Below are positions 27,173-35,075 of a stretch of 35,075 bases of DNA, piece after piece. The notes under the pieces are model-generated. The model worked only from the letters and a program-made list of their open reading frames with translations, did not search any database and was not told where the DNA came from. The DNA comes from a candidate division WOR-3 bacterium. Lineage in GTDB: Bacteria > Hydrothermota > Tepidihabitantia > SM23-42 > CAYGYG01. The number at the start of each line of letters is the position of its first letter. Within the stretch, counting starts at the first letter, position 1. A program made the translations under genes and the position numbers. Location: NCBI GenBank assembly GCA_965648915.1, contig CBFGIV010000023.1:1-35075 (forward strand), in the 5' to 3' direction.

Positions 27173-28376
27173 ACTTCCTCTTGAGCTCTTCAGTCTTCTG
27201 CCGGGATAGTTTCAGTAATTCCTTAAAACCGAATTTTCTTCTACCATCTTCAATCACGATAACCCGCTCGGTACAGCAATAGCAGGGATCGACTGCGGCA
27301 AGGACCAGCGCCGCATCGGCGATCGAATACCCTTTGACCATAACTGTATTGGCAGCAATATTCATATAACTCGGCGCCCGGATTTTATGACGGACAGGTG
27401 TTGGTCCGCCATCAGCCCGGACATAGTGAAAGACTTCGCCCCTGGGTGCCTCGTGTCGGCCGATGCCTTCACCGGCCGGGATCTCTTCCACCACTGTTGC
27501 AATCGGACCTTCAGGCATATTTTTGAGACAGTGACGAATAATCTTAATCGATTCAAAACATTCAAAAAGTCTGACCTTGGCTTTGGCCAGGACATCACCT
27601 TCTTCAAAGGCGATTAGATTCCAATCGACTTTATCATAAGCATCGTAAGGGTCGTCTTTACGCACATCGATCTTAACTCCTGAGGCACGGGCAGTCGGGC
27701 CTAAGACACCATAGGCAATAGCATCATCTTTCGATAAGATACCAACGCCTTCCAACCTTGCAAGTATAATCGGGTCATCGAGTATCGCCTTAGCAAACAT
27801 TCTGGTCTTATCTTCGATTGTATTCAAATATTTCTCGATTTGATGATAATCTTCAGGCCTGATATCTCTACGGGCACCGCCGATCTTATTCATTGCATAA
27901 TGGTTACGGTTGCCAGTGATGAGTTCAAAGAGGTCAAGCAATGGTTCCCGATAACGCCACGCCCACATCCAGACCGTGTTGTAGCCGATAAAGTGTCCAG
28001 CAAGTCCAAGCCAGAGGTAGTGAGAGTGGATTCGTTCCATCTCACCAATGATTGTTCGGATAAACTGACCACGTGGTGGCGGCTGGATATGAGCAAGATT
28101 TTCGACTGCCAGACAATAGGCATAGGGATGGGAATCAGAACAGATGCCGCAGATTCTTTCGACCAGGAAAGTAACCTGTTCAAAAACCATTTTAGGGGAA
28201 ATGTACTCATGCCCCCGATGGTTATAGCCGATATTTATCTCAAGATCCACGACTTTCTCTCCTTCAACAATCAATTTAAAAAATTCCGGTTCTTCCTGAA
28301 GGGGATGATAGGGGCCGATGGGAACGACACGGTATTTCGGATTTCGGATTCCGGATTCCGGATTTATATCACTCAT
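27165..28376 (-). CDS. Group 4 [NiFe]-hydrogenase large subunit
   Basis: GPYHP, GYNHRG, L1 ERICGIC, EAPRGE, RAPSY, L2 DPCYCCTER plus C-terminal extension. Confidence 0.92.
   Translation of the reverse strand: MSDINPESGIRNPKYRVVPIGPYHPLQEEPEFFKLIVEGEKVVDLEINIGYNHRGHEYISPKMVFEQVTFLVERICGICSDSHPYAYCLAVENLAHIQPPPRGQFIRTIIGEMERIHSHYLWLGLAGHFIGYNTVWMWAWRYREPLLDLFELITGNRNHYAMNKIGGARRDIRPEDYHQIEKYLNTIEDKTRMFAKAILDDPIILARLEGVGILSKDDAIAYGVLGPTARASGVKIDVRKDDPYDAYDKVDWNLIAFEEGDVLAKAKVRLFECFESIKIIRHCLKNMPEGPIATVVEEIPAGEGIGRHEAPRGEVFHYVRADGGPTPVRHKIRAPSYMNIAANTVMVKGYSIADAALVLAAVDPCYCCTERVIVIEDGRRKFGFKELLKLSRQKTEELKRKYV
28334..28364. repeat. Tandem heptamer repeat ATTYCGG x4 inside the 5' end of the large-subunit gene
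   Basis: ATTTCGG ATTTCGG ATTCCGG ATTCCGG ATT; encodes NPESGIRNPK. Confidence 0.85.
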
Positions 28377-28812
28377 AATCTCTCCTCAATGGATAGACGC
28401 CTCTGGGCCAGTCATCCGAGGTTAAAAGTGGTGCAAGGTTGGGATGACCGGTAAATTCAACGCCGAGTAACTCGTGAATCTCTCTTTCAATCCAGTTGGC
28501 GGCAGGCAAAAAGTCAGTTAGACTCTTGATTTTTAAATTATCTTTACTGAGGACAGTCTTGATTGTCCAGAAAGTTCCGGTCGGATCGTGGGAAAAGTGG
28601 TAAAGGATCTCAATACCATCGCGCGTATCAATTCCAGTAGCGATGGAGAAGCGGAGTCTCTTTTCAGCGAAGAGAAATTTTGCGAGGTCGTATGCTCTAT
28701 CCGGAGAGACCTTGACATAAAGACGGCGTTCCGAATAGATTTCAACCTGCGCCTCCGGATACTGTGCTTTGATCTCATTGATCAATGCCGGGTCATAAAC
28801 TTTCTTATTCAT
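28369..28812 (-). CDS. NuoC-like (30 kDa) subunit
   Basis: TGID, ILYHF, ANWIEREIHELLGVEFTGHP, YPLRRD. Confidence 0.92.
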   Translation of the reverse strand: MNKKVYDPALINEIKAQYPEAQVEIYSERRLYVKVSPDRAYDLAKFLFAEKRLRFSIATGIDTRDGIEILYHFSHDPTGTFWTIKTVLSKDNLKIKSLTDFLPAANWIEREIHELLGVEFTGHPNLAPLLTSDDWPRGVYPLRRDYE

Positions 28813-29225
28813 AACTTTTTTAAGGCTTTGACAACACCCATAATTATTGCCTCGGGTTTTGGCGGACAGCCAGGAATATAGACATCGATCGGCAGGTGTT
28901 TATCATAAGGGCCAACAACATTATAAGACAACTCAAACATATGGCAGTTGCAGGCACAGGTGCCCACGCCAATGACCAGACAGGGCTTGGGTGTCTGTTC
29001 ATAAACCCTTAAGACCCTGGGCAGACTTTTTCGATTGAGCACGCCGGTCACAAGCAGGGCATCGGCATGACGTGGTGAACCTACAAGAACGATTCCGAAC
29101 CTTTCCACATCCCATTTTGGGGTCAGGGCATCGAGGATTTCGATATCACAGTTATTGCACGATGCCGCCGCAACATGAAATACCCAGGGTGATTTCTTTA
29201 AGCCCCAGAGACGAATATCTTTCAT
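28809..29225 (-). CDS. Hydrogenase small subunit (NuoB/HycG-like)
   Basis: SCNNCDIE, SPRHADALLVTG, GTCAC, IPGCPPKPE. Confidence 0.94.
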   Translation of the reverse strand: MKDIRLWGLKKSPWVFHVAAASCNNCDIEILDALTPKWDVERFGIVLVGSPRHADALLVTGVLNRKSLPRVLRVYEQTPKPCLVIGVGTCACNCHMFELSYNVVGPYDKHLPIDVYIPGCPPKPEAIIMGVVKALKKL

Positions 29226-29237
29226 CGACTTGACTCC

Positions 29238-30149
29238 TTAATAACCAAATGCGGCTAATATTAGACCAATGGCACTTATAATACTGAGGCGTGCCCAGAA
29301 TAGCCTTAGAGCCTGTTCAATGCGCAGTCGCGGATTGGTATTTTTGATAAGCACAATCAATATGATAATTAAGAGGAATTTTAAGATTGCCCAATAGTTG
29401 GTTATTCCGCCCCAGAAAAGGGTAATGATAAATACGGGAAGGATGAAGAGCATCATTGCCCGGCTCAATTTAAATAAAGCCAGACCCACACCGGAATATT
29501 CAAGATATGGTCCGGCCATAATCTCCTGCTCGGCTTCGGGTATATCAAATGGGGCATAACCCAATTTTGCCTGAAAACAGATCAGGCAGATGATGGTGGC
29601 GATGGCTCCTGAGATTGAATAGAGAAAAGGCTGGTGTGCCTGCTGGAAGAGGAGAATGTCACCAATTCGGATACTACCGTTGGTCTTGAGTATCGGCACA
29701 ACCAGTGCTAGTAAAAATGGTAATTCATAGCCGAAATAGAGGCTCATCTCTCGTGAAACCCCGACAGCACTCAAAGGATTCCTTGATGCCGATCCACCTA
29801 ATATGGTTGCGATCGGTATTAATGCCAGAAGATAGAGAATAACAATCAGGTCGCCGACAAATGAGGTACGGGGAGCAAAGTTCATTGTCCAGAGCATTAC
29901 CGATATGATTGTCGCAGCAGTAACACTCAGAATCGGAGCACCCAGAAATAGAAATTTAATCGCTCCTTCTGGTATTATCGTTTCTTTGATGAGGAGTTTA
30001 AAGAGATCGGCAAAGGGCTGGTACCAGGGTGGCCCAACTCGCCACTGGATTATTGCCGAAATTTTACGATCGACCCAGGTGAGTAAAAGGCCAACAATTG
30101 CGGTGAATAAAAAACCCGGGAAGAATAAGAAATCAAAGATAATCTTCAT
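29238..30149 (-). CDS. NuoH/HycD-like membrane subunit
   Basis: DRKISAIIQWRVGPP, QPFADLFKL, PFDIPEAEQE, EYSG, NPRLRIEQ. Confidence 0.93.
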   Translation of the reverse strand: MKIIFDFLFFPGFLFTAIVGLLLTWVDRKISAIIQWRVGPPWYQPFADLFKLLIKETIIPEGAIKFLFLGAPILSVTAATIISVMLWTMNFAPRTSFVGDLIVILYLLALIPIATILGGSASRNPLSAVGVSREMSLYFGYELPFLLALVVPILKTNGSIRIGDILLFQQAHQPFLYSISGAIATIICLICFQAKLGYAPFDIPEAEQEIMAGPYLEYSGVGLALFKLSRAMMLFILPVFIITLFWGGITNYWAILKFLLIIILIVLIKNTNPRLRIEQALRLFWARLSIISAIGLILAAFGY

Positions 30150-30613
30150 CGCCTTCTCCAGAATAAGGAACGGGAGATGACACGGACCCCGACTGAAAAT
30201 TTTTCGATCTCCTCAATGGTCAGATACTTTAAGGCACCAGTAGAGCAGGCCGAGACACATCTCGGCCCCTCGGCTCGATCCAGGCATTCATTACATTTTT
30301 GACTAATGTGTTGAATAAGGTTCTTGTCAATAACTCCAAAGGGACAGGCATAGATACAGGAAGAACAACCAATACAACGAAAACTGCTTCTCACGATCCG
30401 GCCACTCTCTTCAATTCTATTTATTGCTTCGACCGGGCAGGATTTGAGACAGAGGGCATCCTTACAATGACGGCAGGCAAAAGGGAGGGAGGCTACAACA
30501 CCAACTGCTCCGTGTTTGATTCTCGATTCACCCTTGAATGCAATCTTACAGGCAGATTCACAGGACCTGCAACCAATACAGTAATCGAGGTCAAGAACTA
30601 TTCTCTTTTCCAT
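30146..30613 (-). CDS. 4x[4Fe-4S] ferredoxin-like subunit (HycB/CooF/DmsB type)
   Basis: CIGCRSCESAC, CRHCKDALCLKSC, CIGCSSCIYAC, CNEC...CVSAC. Confidence 0.9.
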   Translation of the reverse strand: MEKRIVLDLDYCIGCRSCESACKIAFKGESRIKHGAVGVVASLPFACRHCKDALCLKSCPVEAINRIEESGRIVRSSFRCIGCSSCIYACPFGVIDKNLIQHISQKCNECLDRAEGPRCVSACSTGALKYLTIEEIEKFSVGVRVISRSLFWRRR

Positions 30614-32226
30614 ATTTTTACCTCAACCGGCAGAATCTTTGATTGGCCTTCAGCAGTATTTATCTCATATTCAAACAATTCTCTAATTTCTTTTAATTCA
30701 GAAGATACAGCGATATATTGATGTGGAACTTGATCTGTGATATGACTTTTAAGTTCTAATCTTTTCGATTTTGACTGGATGTTCAATGCTTCGCCTTCGT
30801 TAATATTAAGGAGCTGGGCTGTTTTGGAATTTATTTTTATCTCGGGACTGTTGAGAAGCCCGAGAAAGTCGAAGGCAATCTTTTCGCCCAGGAGGCAGAA
30901 GGTCTTATCATAAATTTTCTGTTCCTTAATGGAATTAGCAAATTTATCAATCATATCCTTTGCTTTCTCTGTTTCTATCTTCTGCGCTTTAAGGCTCATG
31001 GTAGTTTTATTGATTGAATCTCCACCTGAACCGATGTTCTCGATGATTTCGCTTATTGGTTTTGCGCCACTTACTGGTCCGGCCAGGGGATTGATCGTTT
31101 GAGGACCAAAGACTGTCTGAATCCTGCCACTCTTTTCAAGATTTGACGGAACCGGAAGAGTAATTATCGGCAAGGGGAGATGCTGATATTTAATAGTGGA
31201 GGTAGTTACTATCAGATCAACCCTGGTCAGTTCTTGAAATAGAGGGAGATTGAAGAACGGAAAATAGTCGCCAAAGTTTAATATGAATTTTATTTTATCT
31301 CTCTTGATCAGTCCATATATTTCAGTAAAATCTTTTGATCCAACAAAGCTCGATGATTCAGCCAGCGGCAGATATTTTATATCCTTTCCAGGAATTGGTG
31401 TTAAAAGCACAGGTGCTATACAGTGGAGAAGGGGATGGAGATGCTTGCCCGCCGAGGCAACATTTATTATGACTCCTCTTTCTATTTGATCAAAAGTTGA
31501 GGCAACCGTTTCTACTATGTCGATGGGGACGCCGGCCAACCCGCACAACTTCTTCGCCCCGATGCCTTTTGTTTTTCGGTTAATAATATTTTCTACTGCT
31601 GCAATTACCAAAGGTTCCATCCCCGGTTTGCAAATCAGCGCTATGTCGGAAAAGTTCATAGTATAGTTATTGATGGAATCGATGCCGATAATACGGTGTT
31701 CACGCCTTTTATAACGACTATCGAGTACAAAGCGGGCAATGATAGGCGACTGGTTAAAGACATCGCCAATCAGCAGAAAGAGTTGGGCATTTGCCAGATC
31801 TTCCTCAGTTGCGAATTTTATCTCTTCAGGGAGGAAATTAAAATAGTATTCGGGCTCGATATAAGAAGAGGCAAAATTTTTTATTCCGAGCCGGCTTACA
31901 AAGTTGTTTAGCAACTGAAATTCTTCAATTGTTAGATTCTTATCATACAGGACCGCAATCTCATCCGGTGGATACTTTCTTAAAGCGTTATTTATTTCGT
32001 CAAATGCCGACTGCCAGGTAATCGTTCGATCTCCTTTCAGGGGGTAACACAATCTCAGTTCGTAATCTAAGTAGCGGGCAGCGATATTGCCTCTCGGGCA
32101 GAGCCTTCCCTGATTGATACCTCCCTTTGGATAGGTATGCCAGAATCTGCCCTTATCAAAGACCATACCGATGGTACAGCCCAGAGTGCAGAAAGGGCAG
32201 ACAGTTTTTTGGATCTCTCTGCTCAT
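30598..32226 (-). CDS. Molybdopterin-oxidoreductase-fold protein (NuoG/FdhA-like, degenerate) with N-terminal [4Fe-4S]
   Basis: TVCPFCTLGC...GRLCPRG; LPVPSNLEKSG; C-terminal KINSKTAQLLNINEGE dinucleotide-binding-like domain. Confidence 0.78.
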   Translation of the reverse strand: MSREIQKTVCPFCTLGCTIGMVFDKGRFWHTYPKGGINQGRLCPRGNIAARYLDYELRLCYPLKGDRTITWQSAFDEINNALRKYPPDEIAVLYDKNLTIEEFQLLNNFVSRLGIKNFASSYIEPEYYFNFLPEEIKFATEEDLANAQLFLLIGDVFNQSPIIARFVLDSRYKRREHRIIGIDSINNYTMNFSDIALICKPGMEPLVIAAVENIINRKTKGIGAKKLCGLAGVPIDIVETVASTFDQIERGVIINVASAGKHLHPLLHCIAPVLLTPIPGKDIKYLPLAESSSFVGSKDFTEIYGLIKRDKIKFILNFGDYFPFFNLPLFQELTRVDLIVTTSTIKYQHLPLPIITLPVPSNLEKSGRIQTVFGPQTINPLAGPVSGAKPISEIIENIGSGGDSINKTTMSLKAQKIETEKAKDMIDKFANSIKEQKIYDKTFCLLGEKIAFDFLGLLNSPEIKINSKTAQLLNINEGEALNIQSKSKRLELKSHITDQVPHQYIAVSSELKEIRELFEYEINTAEGQSKILPVEVKIWKRE

Positions 32227-33050
32227 AAGAAAGGATCCTCTATATCTTTGATCTGTTCCCAGGTAAAGACTGGACCGTCCCTGCAGACATAGTAGTGTCC
32301 CATTCGGCAGTGATTACATTTACCAAAACCACAGGACATATTTCTCTCCATTGAGAGATAGATATCCCTGTCGGCAAAACCAGCCTCAAGCAGACGCTGG
32401 GTTACAAACTTCAACATTATGGGTGGACCACAGGCAATCGCTACACTATTCTTGAAATCGACCGGTATCTTATCGAGAATTACCGTGACGACACCAACAT
32501 TTCCTTTCCAGGTCTCATCACCGACATCCACTGTTTGAACGATATCAACGCCTTCGATATTTTTCCATTGCGGCAATAGATGTTTATAGACAATGTCTTT
32601 CGGTGTCCTCGCTCCATAGCGAATGTAGATTTTTTTAAACTTTTTTTGCTCGTGGAGGAGTGAGAGGAACAACGAGCGCAAGGGCGGCAGGCCAACACCA
32701 CCACCGACTATGAAGATCTCTTTATTGTAGAATTTTTCCAGCGGATATCTGTTTCCATAGGGACCGCGGATACCGAGGACATCGCCAGGTTTCTTTTGAA
32801 AAAGGGCACTGGTCAACCTTCCGACCTTCATTATGGTTACTTCAAGATTGTCGCTGTAAGGCGAAGAGGATGGAGTAAATGGTGCCTCACCAACTCCCGG
32901 GACGGTGAGCTCAATAAATTGACCCGCCTGAAATTCGAAAGGGCGATTCTCAAAGACAAAGGTCTTAATCGTTGGGGTCTCGTCGATAATTTCTTTAATT
33001 TTAATTGGTGTCGATTCGTAAATATTTTTTATAGATTCTACAGTTGCCAT
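32223..33050 (-). CDS. FAD/NAD(P)-binding [2Fe-2S] subunit (AsrB / sulfhydrogenase gamma / PyrK family)
   Basis: AGQF, GEAPF, RGPYG, GGGVGLPPLRS, CGPPIM, ERNMSCGFGKCNHC...VCRDGPVF. Confidence 0.92.
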   Translation of the reverse strand: MATVESIKNIYESTPIKIKEIIDETPTIKTFVFENRPFEFQAGQFIELTVPGVGEAPFTPSSSPYSDNLEVTIMKVGRLTSALFQKKPGDVLGIRGPYGNRYPLEKFYNKEIFIVGGGVGLPPLRSLFLSLLHEQKKFKKIYIRYGARTPKDIVYKHLLPQWKNIEGVDIVQTVDVGDETWKGNVGVVTVILDKIPVDFKNSVAIACGPPIMLKFVTQRLLEAGFADRDIYLSMERNMSCGFGKCNHCRMGHYYVCRDGPVFTWEQIKDIEDPFL

Positions 33051-34069
33051 AAGACCTCTCTGATATCAATCTGAGCGGTGCAGCCCGACCGACATCGTCC
33101 GCAACCGGAACAGGCATAAAAATTGTGATATTTCATAAAATAGTCAAATTTACAGGCAAAACGATTGCGAAACCTCTGTGTAAAGATTGGTCTTGGATTT
33201 GCACCTCCACCAACCCTTGCATAGGCAGAGCGAAAACATTCATCCCAGATCTTGATCCTTAATGATTTTCCCTTTTTTGATCGGGCAGACTCGGTCGTGT
33301 CGTAGAGGAGAAAACAGTAACAAGTAGGGCAACTATCGAGACAGGCAAAACATTCAACACAGTCATCCTGCAGTTTTTGCCAGAATTTTAAATCGTTATT
33401 CTTTTCAACCCGTTCTGATAGATTTTTCGAAAATCTCTTCTGGTTGATCTTTTCCAGTCTTGCAACCGCCTCTTTTCGGAAAAGATCGCGCCGGGCATAA
33501 TGTTCAGATCGGGCGGTGACAAAAATTTCTTGAAAATTGTCTGTAATCTTTTCCCCTTTATTGGTAAAGACCTCAAAAAGATAACCTTCATCAAATGTGG
33601 TGATATTGATATCTGAACCACTTTCTACATAGGGTTTCAATCCGACCAGATTGCAGAAACAGGTCTGTTCAGGTAGGGGGCAATCTGCAGAGATTATAAT
33701 CGTCTTTTCTCTTCGTTCCTTATAAAATGGCTCAATATAATCGTGGTTAAAAAACACTTTATCATATACGTCCAATCCCCTTAAATCACAGGACTTAGCC
33801 CCAATAATTACCATCTCGGTTATGGGTTTAATTAATTTTGTCTCGAAAGATGCCACGGCTTCGCGCATTGGGAAGAAGATATGTTTTAGGTTCTCTACCG
33901 GTCTGATCTTTTCTAAGGGAACACTGCCATTTTTACCAATGTATCTCTTAAAATGAACCTTTTCTTCACAGGTTAAAGGTAAAATAACTAACAATTTTTG
34001 AGCCAATCGGTCCAGAAAATCACTAAACTTTTCTTTGGGTAAAAAAAGGGATTTTATGGGCGTTTCCAT
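33038..34069 (-). CDS. 4Fe-4S subunit (AsrA / sulfhydrogenase beta family)
   Basis: GAKSCD, C..P..TCFC, CVECFACLDSCPTCYCF, WDEC, CSGCGRCRSGC. Confidence 0.92.
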   Translation of the reverse strand: METPIKSLFLPKEKFSDFLDRLAQKLLVILPLTCEEKVHFKRYIGKNGSVPLEKIRPVENLKHIFFPMREAVASFETKLIKPITEMVIIGAKSCDLRGLDVYDKVFFNHDYIEPFYKERREKTIIISADCPLPEQTCFCNLVGLKPYVESGSDINITTFDEGYLFEVFTNKGEKITDNFQEIFVTARSEHYARRDLFRKEAVARLEKINQKRFSKNLSERVEKNNDLKFWQKLQDDCVECFACLDSCPTCYCFLLYDTTESARSKKGKSLRIKIWDECFRSAYARVGGGANPRPIFTQRFRNRFACKFDYFMKYHNFYACSGCGRCRSGCTAQIDIREVLWQL

Positions 34070-34080
34070 TTGATGAATAT

Positions 34081-34108
34081 ATTATATCCAATTTTTAGAA
34101 TTTGTCAA
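34081..34108 (-). promoter_or_regulatory. sigma70-type promoter of the hydrogenase operon
   Basis: TTGACA(34108-34103)-N16-TATAAT(34086-34081), 11 nt before ATG34069; no SD. Confidence 0.8.
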
Positions 34109-34139
34109 AGGGTTTTGAATAGTGTCAGATCTGGACAAT

Positions 34140-34236
34140 GGACAAAATGGGAAATTGCCAAAAATGAGTTAAAATATCCAGGAACTTAAAAGAGGGGGCC
34201 GCTCCTCCTGGTCCTTTTATCCGCGGTTAAGCGATG
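34140..34236 (-). mobile_element. Degenerate attC site remnant
   Basis: 34213-34236 matches 34889-34912 at 21/24 nt including GCTTAAC (RYYYAAC); GAAATTGCCAAAA at 34151 resembles GAAGTTGCCGAAG at 34851; no intact GTTRRRY end. Confidence 0.6.
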
Positions 34237-34271
34237 GCCCTTCCTGGTATAGGCTGGCATTGCATCTTTGG

Positions 34272-34772
34272 TTACTTACGAAGGAAAATATGGATCCCTT
34301 TAATTGTTCCCACTTGGTGCAATTTGCCTTGTAAAAGTGTTTGAACTATTTTATACGAGATCTTTGGATCTCTGTAAAAGAACTTTCCCCCTTCCTTAAG
34401 AAATCCCACCCACTTCTCCAGGACATGTTCAAAATTAGGTACGCAATGTAAGGTGTCAAAACAAAATATCTTGTCCAGCGATGATAAAGGGAACTGAATA
34501 GTCTCGGCACTGCAACAGATAGTCTCAATATTTTTATATTTGTCGTTTCTAATTTTATTTCTTAAGTGAGTAAGCCCTTTTTCCCAAATATCAACCGCAT
34601 ATATTTTCCCAGCTGATGCAATTTTGGCAAGTGGAAAGGTGTGATAGCCGATTGCACAACCAATCTCCAGAATTTTGTCGCTATTCTCCACATTCAGTTC
34701 CTTGAACAATTCTTTAGGATCCTCGAATAATCTTTTTAACCAGTATATCATTTGTACTACAATGAGTTTCAA
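34272..34772 (-). CDS. Class I SAM-dependent methyltransferase, probable integron gene cassette
   Basis: ILEIGCAIGYHT, IYAVD, SLDKIF, LKEGG; lies between attC-like sites; start codon uncertain. Confidence 0.85.
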   Translation of the reverse strand: MKLIVVQMIYWLKRLFEDPKELFKELNVENSDKILEIGCAIGYHTFPLAKIASAGKIYAVDIWEKGLTHLRNKIRNDKYKNIETICCSAETIQFPLSSLDKIFCFDTLHCVPNFEHVLEKWVGFLKEGGKFFYRDPKISYKIVQTLLQGKLHQVGTIKGIHIFLRK

Positions 34773-34829
34773 AGATATAATCTAAGACTCCTACACTACC
34801 TATTTCATTATGTTAACTGAAGCGGCTTC

Positions 34830-34908
34830 GCCTAACGTATGCGGATAAACGAAGTTGCCGAAGGCAATTTGTAGAAATCTTTGATTTCCCTTTTATCCGC
34901 TGTTAGCC
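34830..34908 (-). mobile_element. Integron attC recombination site
   Basis: Minus strand: GGCTAAC-A-GCGGATAAA...TTTATCCGC-ATAC-GTTAGGC; 79-bp imperfect palindrome with TAAC/GTTA core ends and internal hairpins GAAATC-AAA-GATTTC and TTGCC-TTC-GGCAA. Confidence 0.8.
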
Positions 34909-34931
34909 GATGCAGTGGCTGATTTAATCTT

Positions 34932-35075
34932 TTAATTAAGATTAATAGATACCACATCTTTATAAGTCTTTGGAAAGAACTGTTGCAAGACGAGATATAA
35001 TCGACCGAGATAGTGGGAGCCAATCGTATAGTAATTGTTCTTTGACATATAAGAAAGTAGAGCCTTTTGTGTCTC
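34932..35075 (-). CDS. 3' end of an upstream cassette ORF entering from the right edge (...KTYKDVVSINLN*)
   Basis: Frame open from the window edge to TAA 23 nt before the attC; a second frame is also open, so the frame is uncertain. Confidence 0.45.
   Translation of the reverse strand, partial: ETQKALLSYMSKNNYYTIGSHYLGRLYLVLQQFFPKTYKDVVSINLN

Noticed and set aside
27840..28454. 204-aa + strand ORF
   Set aside because: Antisense shadow of the hydrogenase large subunit and NuoC genes; no recognisable motifs
23260..30149. Respiratory complex I (nuo) or Ehr/Mbx complex
   Set aside because: The large subunit retains both Ni-binding CxxC motifs and a cleavable-type tail; nuoA, E, F, I, J, K are absent
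32223..34069. Anaerobic sulfite reductase asrABC or soluble group 3b hydrogenase
   Set aside because: No asrC siroheme subunit and no group 3b alpha/delta subunits in the operon
34140..34912. CRISPR repeats or simple terminators
   Set aside because: Only two related copies, separated by a whole gene, with TAAC/GTTA ends typical of attC
34832..35023. 63-aa minus-strand ORF
   Set aside because: Runs through the attC palindrome; better explained as the tail of an upstream ORF plus a recombination site

Overview
Bacterial genomic window with no rRNA, tRNA or CRISPR array seen. The T9SS/FlgD-type C-terminal tails, C25 protein and GWxTD protein suggest an FCB-related anaerobe such as candidate phylum WOR-3 (inference only). 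Left to right: two convergent secreted proteins, one a gingipain (C25) homolog whose catalytic dyad looks substituted; a UgtP/MGDG-type glycosyltransferase; a minus-strand signalling cluster (HD-GYP remnant, PAS histidine kinase, receiver protein, stand-alone MshEN protein, pilT); an MFS transporter; a plus-strand envelope cluster (YjbH-like/TPR protein, UpxY-type NusG paralog, GWxTD-like protein, 1568-aa thioester alpha-2-macroglobulin, exported protein with a sigma54-type promoter); a methyltransferase, a DedA gene, radC, rlpA and an alkaline-phosphatase-superfamily gene; a 10-gene group-4 [NiFe]-hydrogenase operon led by an AsrA/AsrB(HydB/HydG)-like NAD(P)H module; and, at the right edge, what looks like the distal end of an integron cassette array (one intact and one decayed attC). 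Highlights: a GspG pseudopilin-like domain inserted next to the bait region of a TEP/complement-like macroglobulin, the unusual hydrogenase architecture, the attC sites, and a window-wide pattern of 16-bp-spacer promoters, several apparently leaderless.
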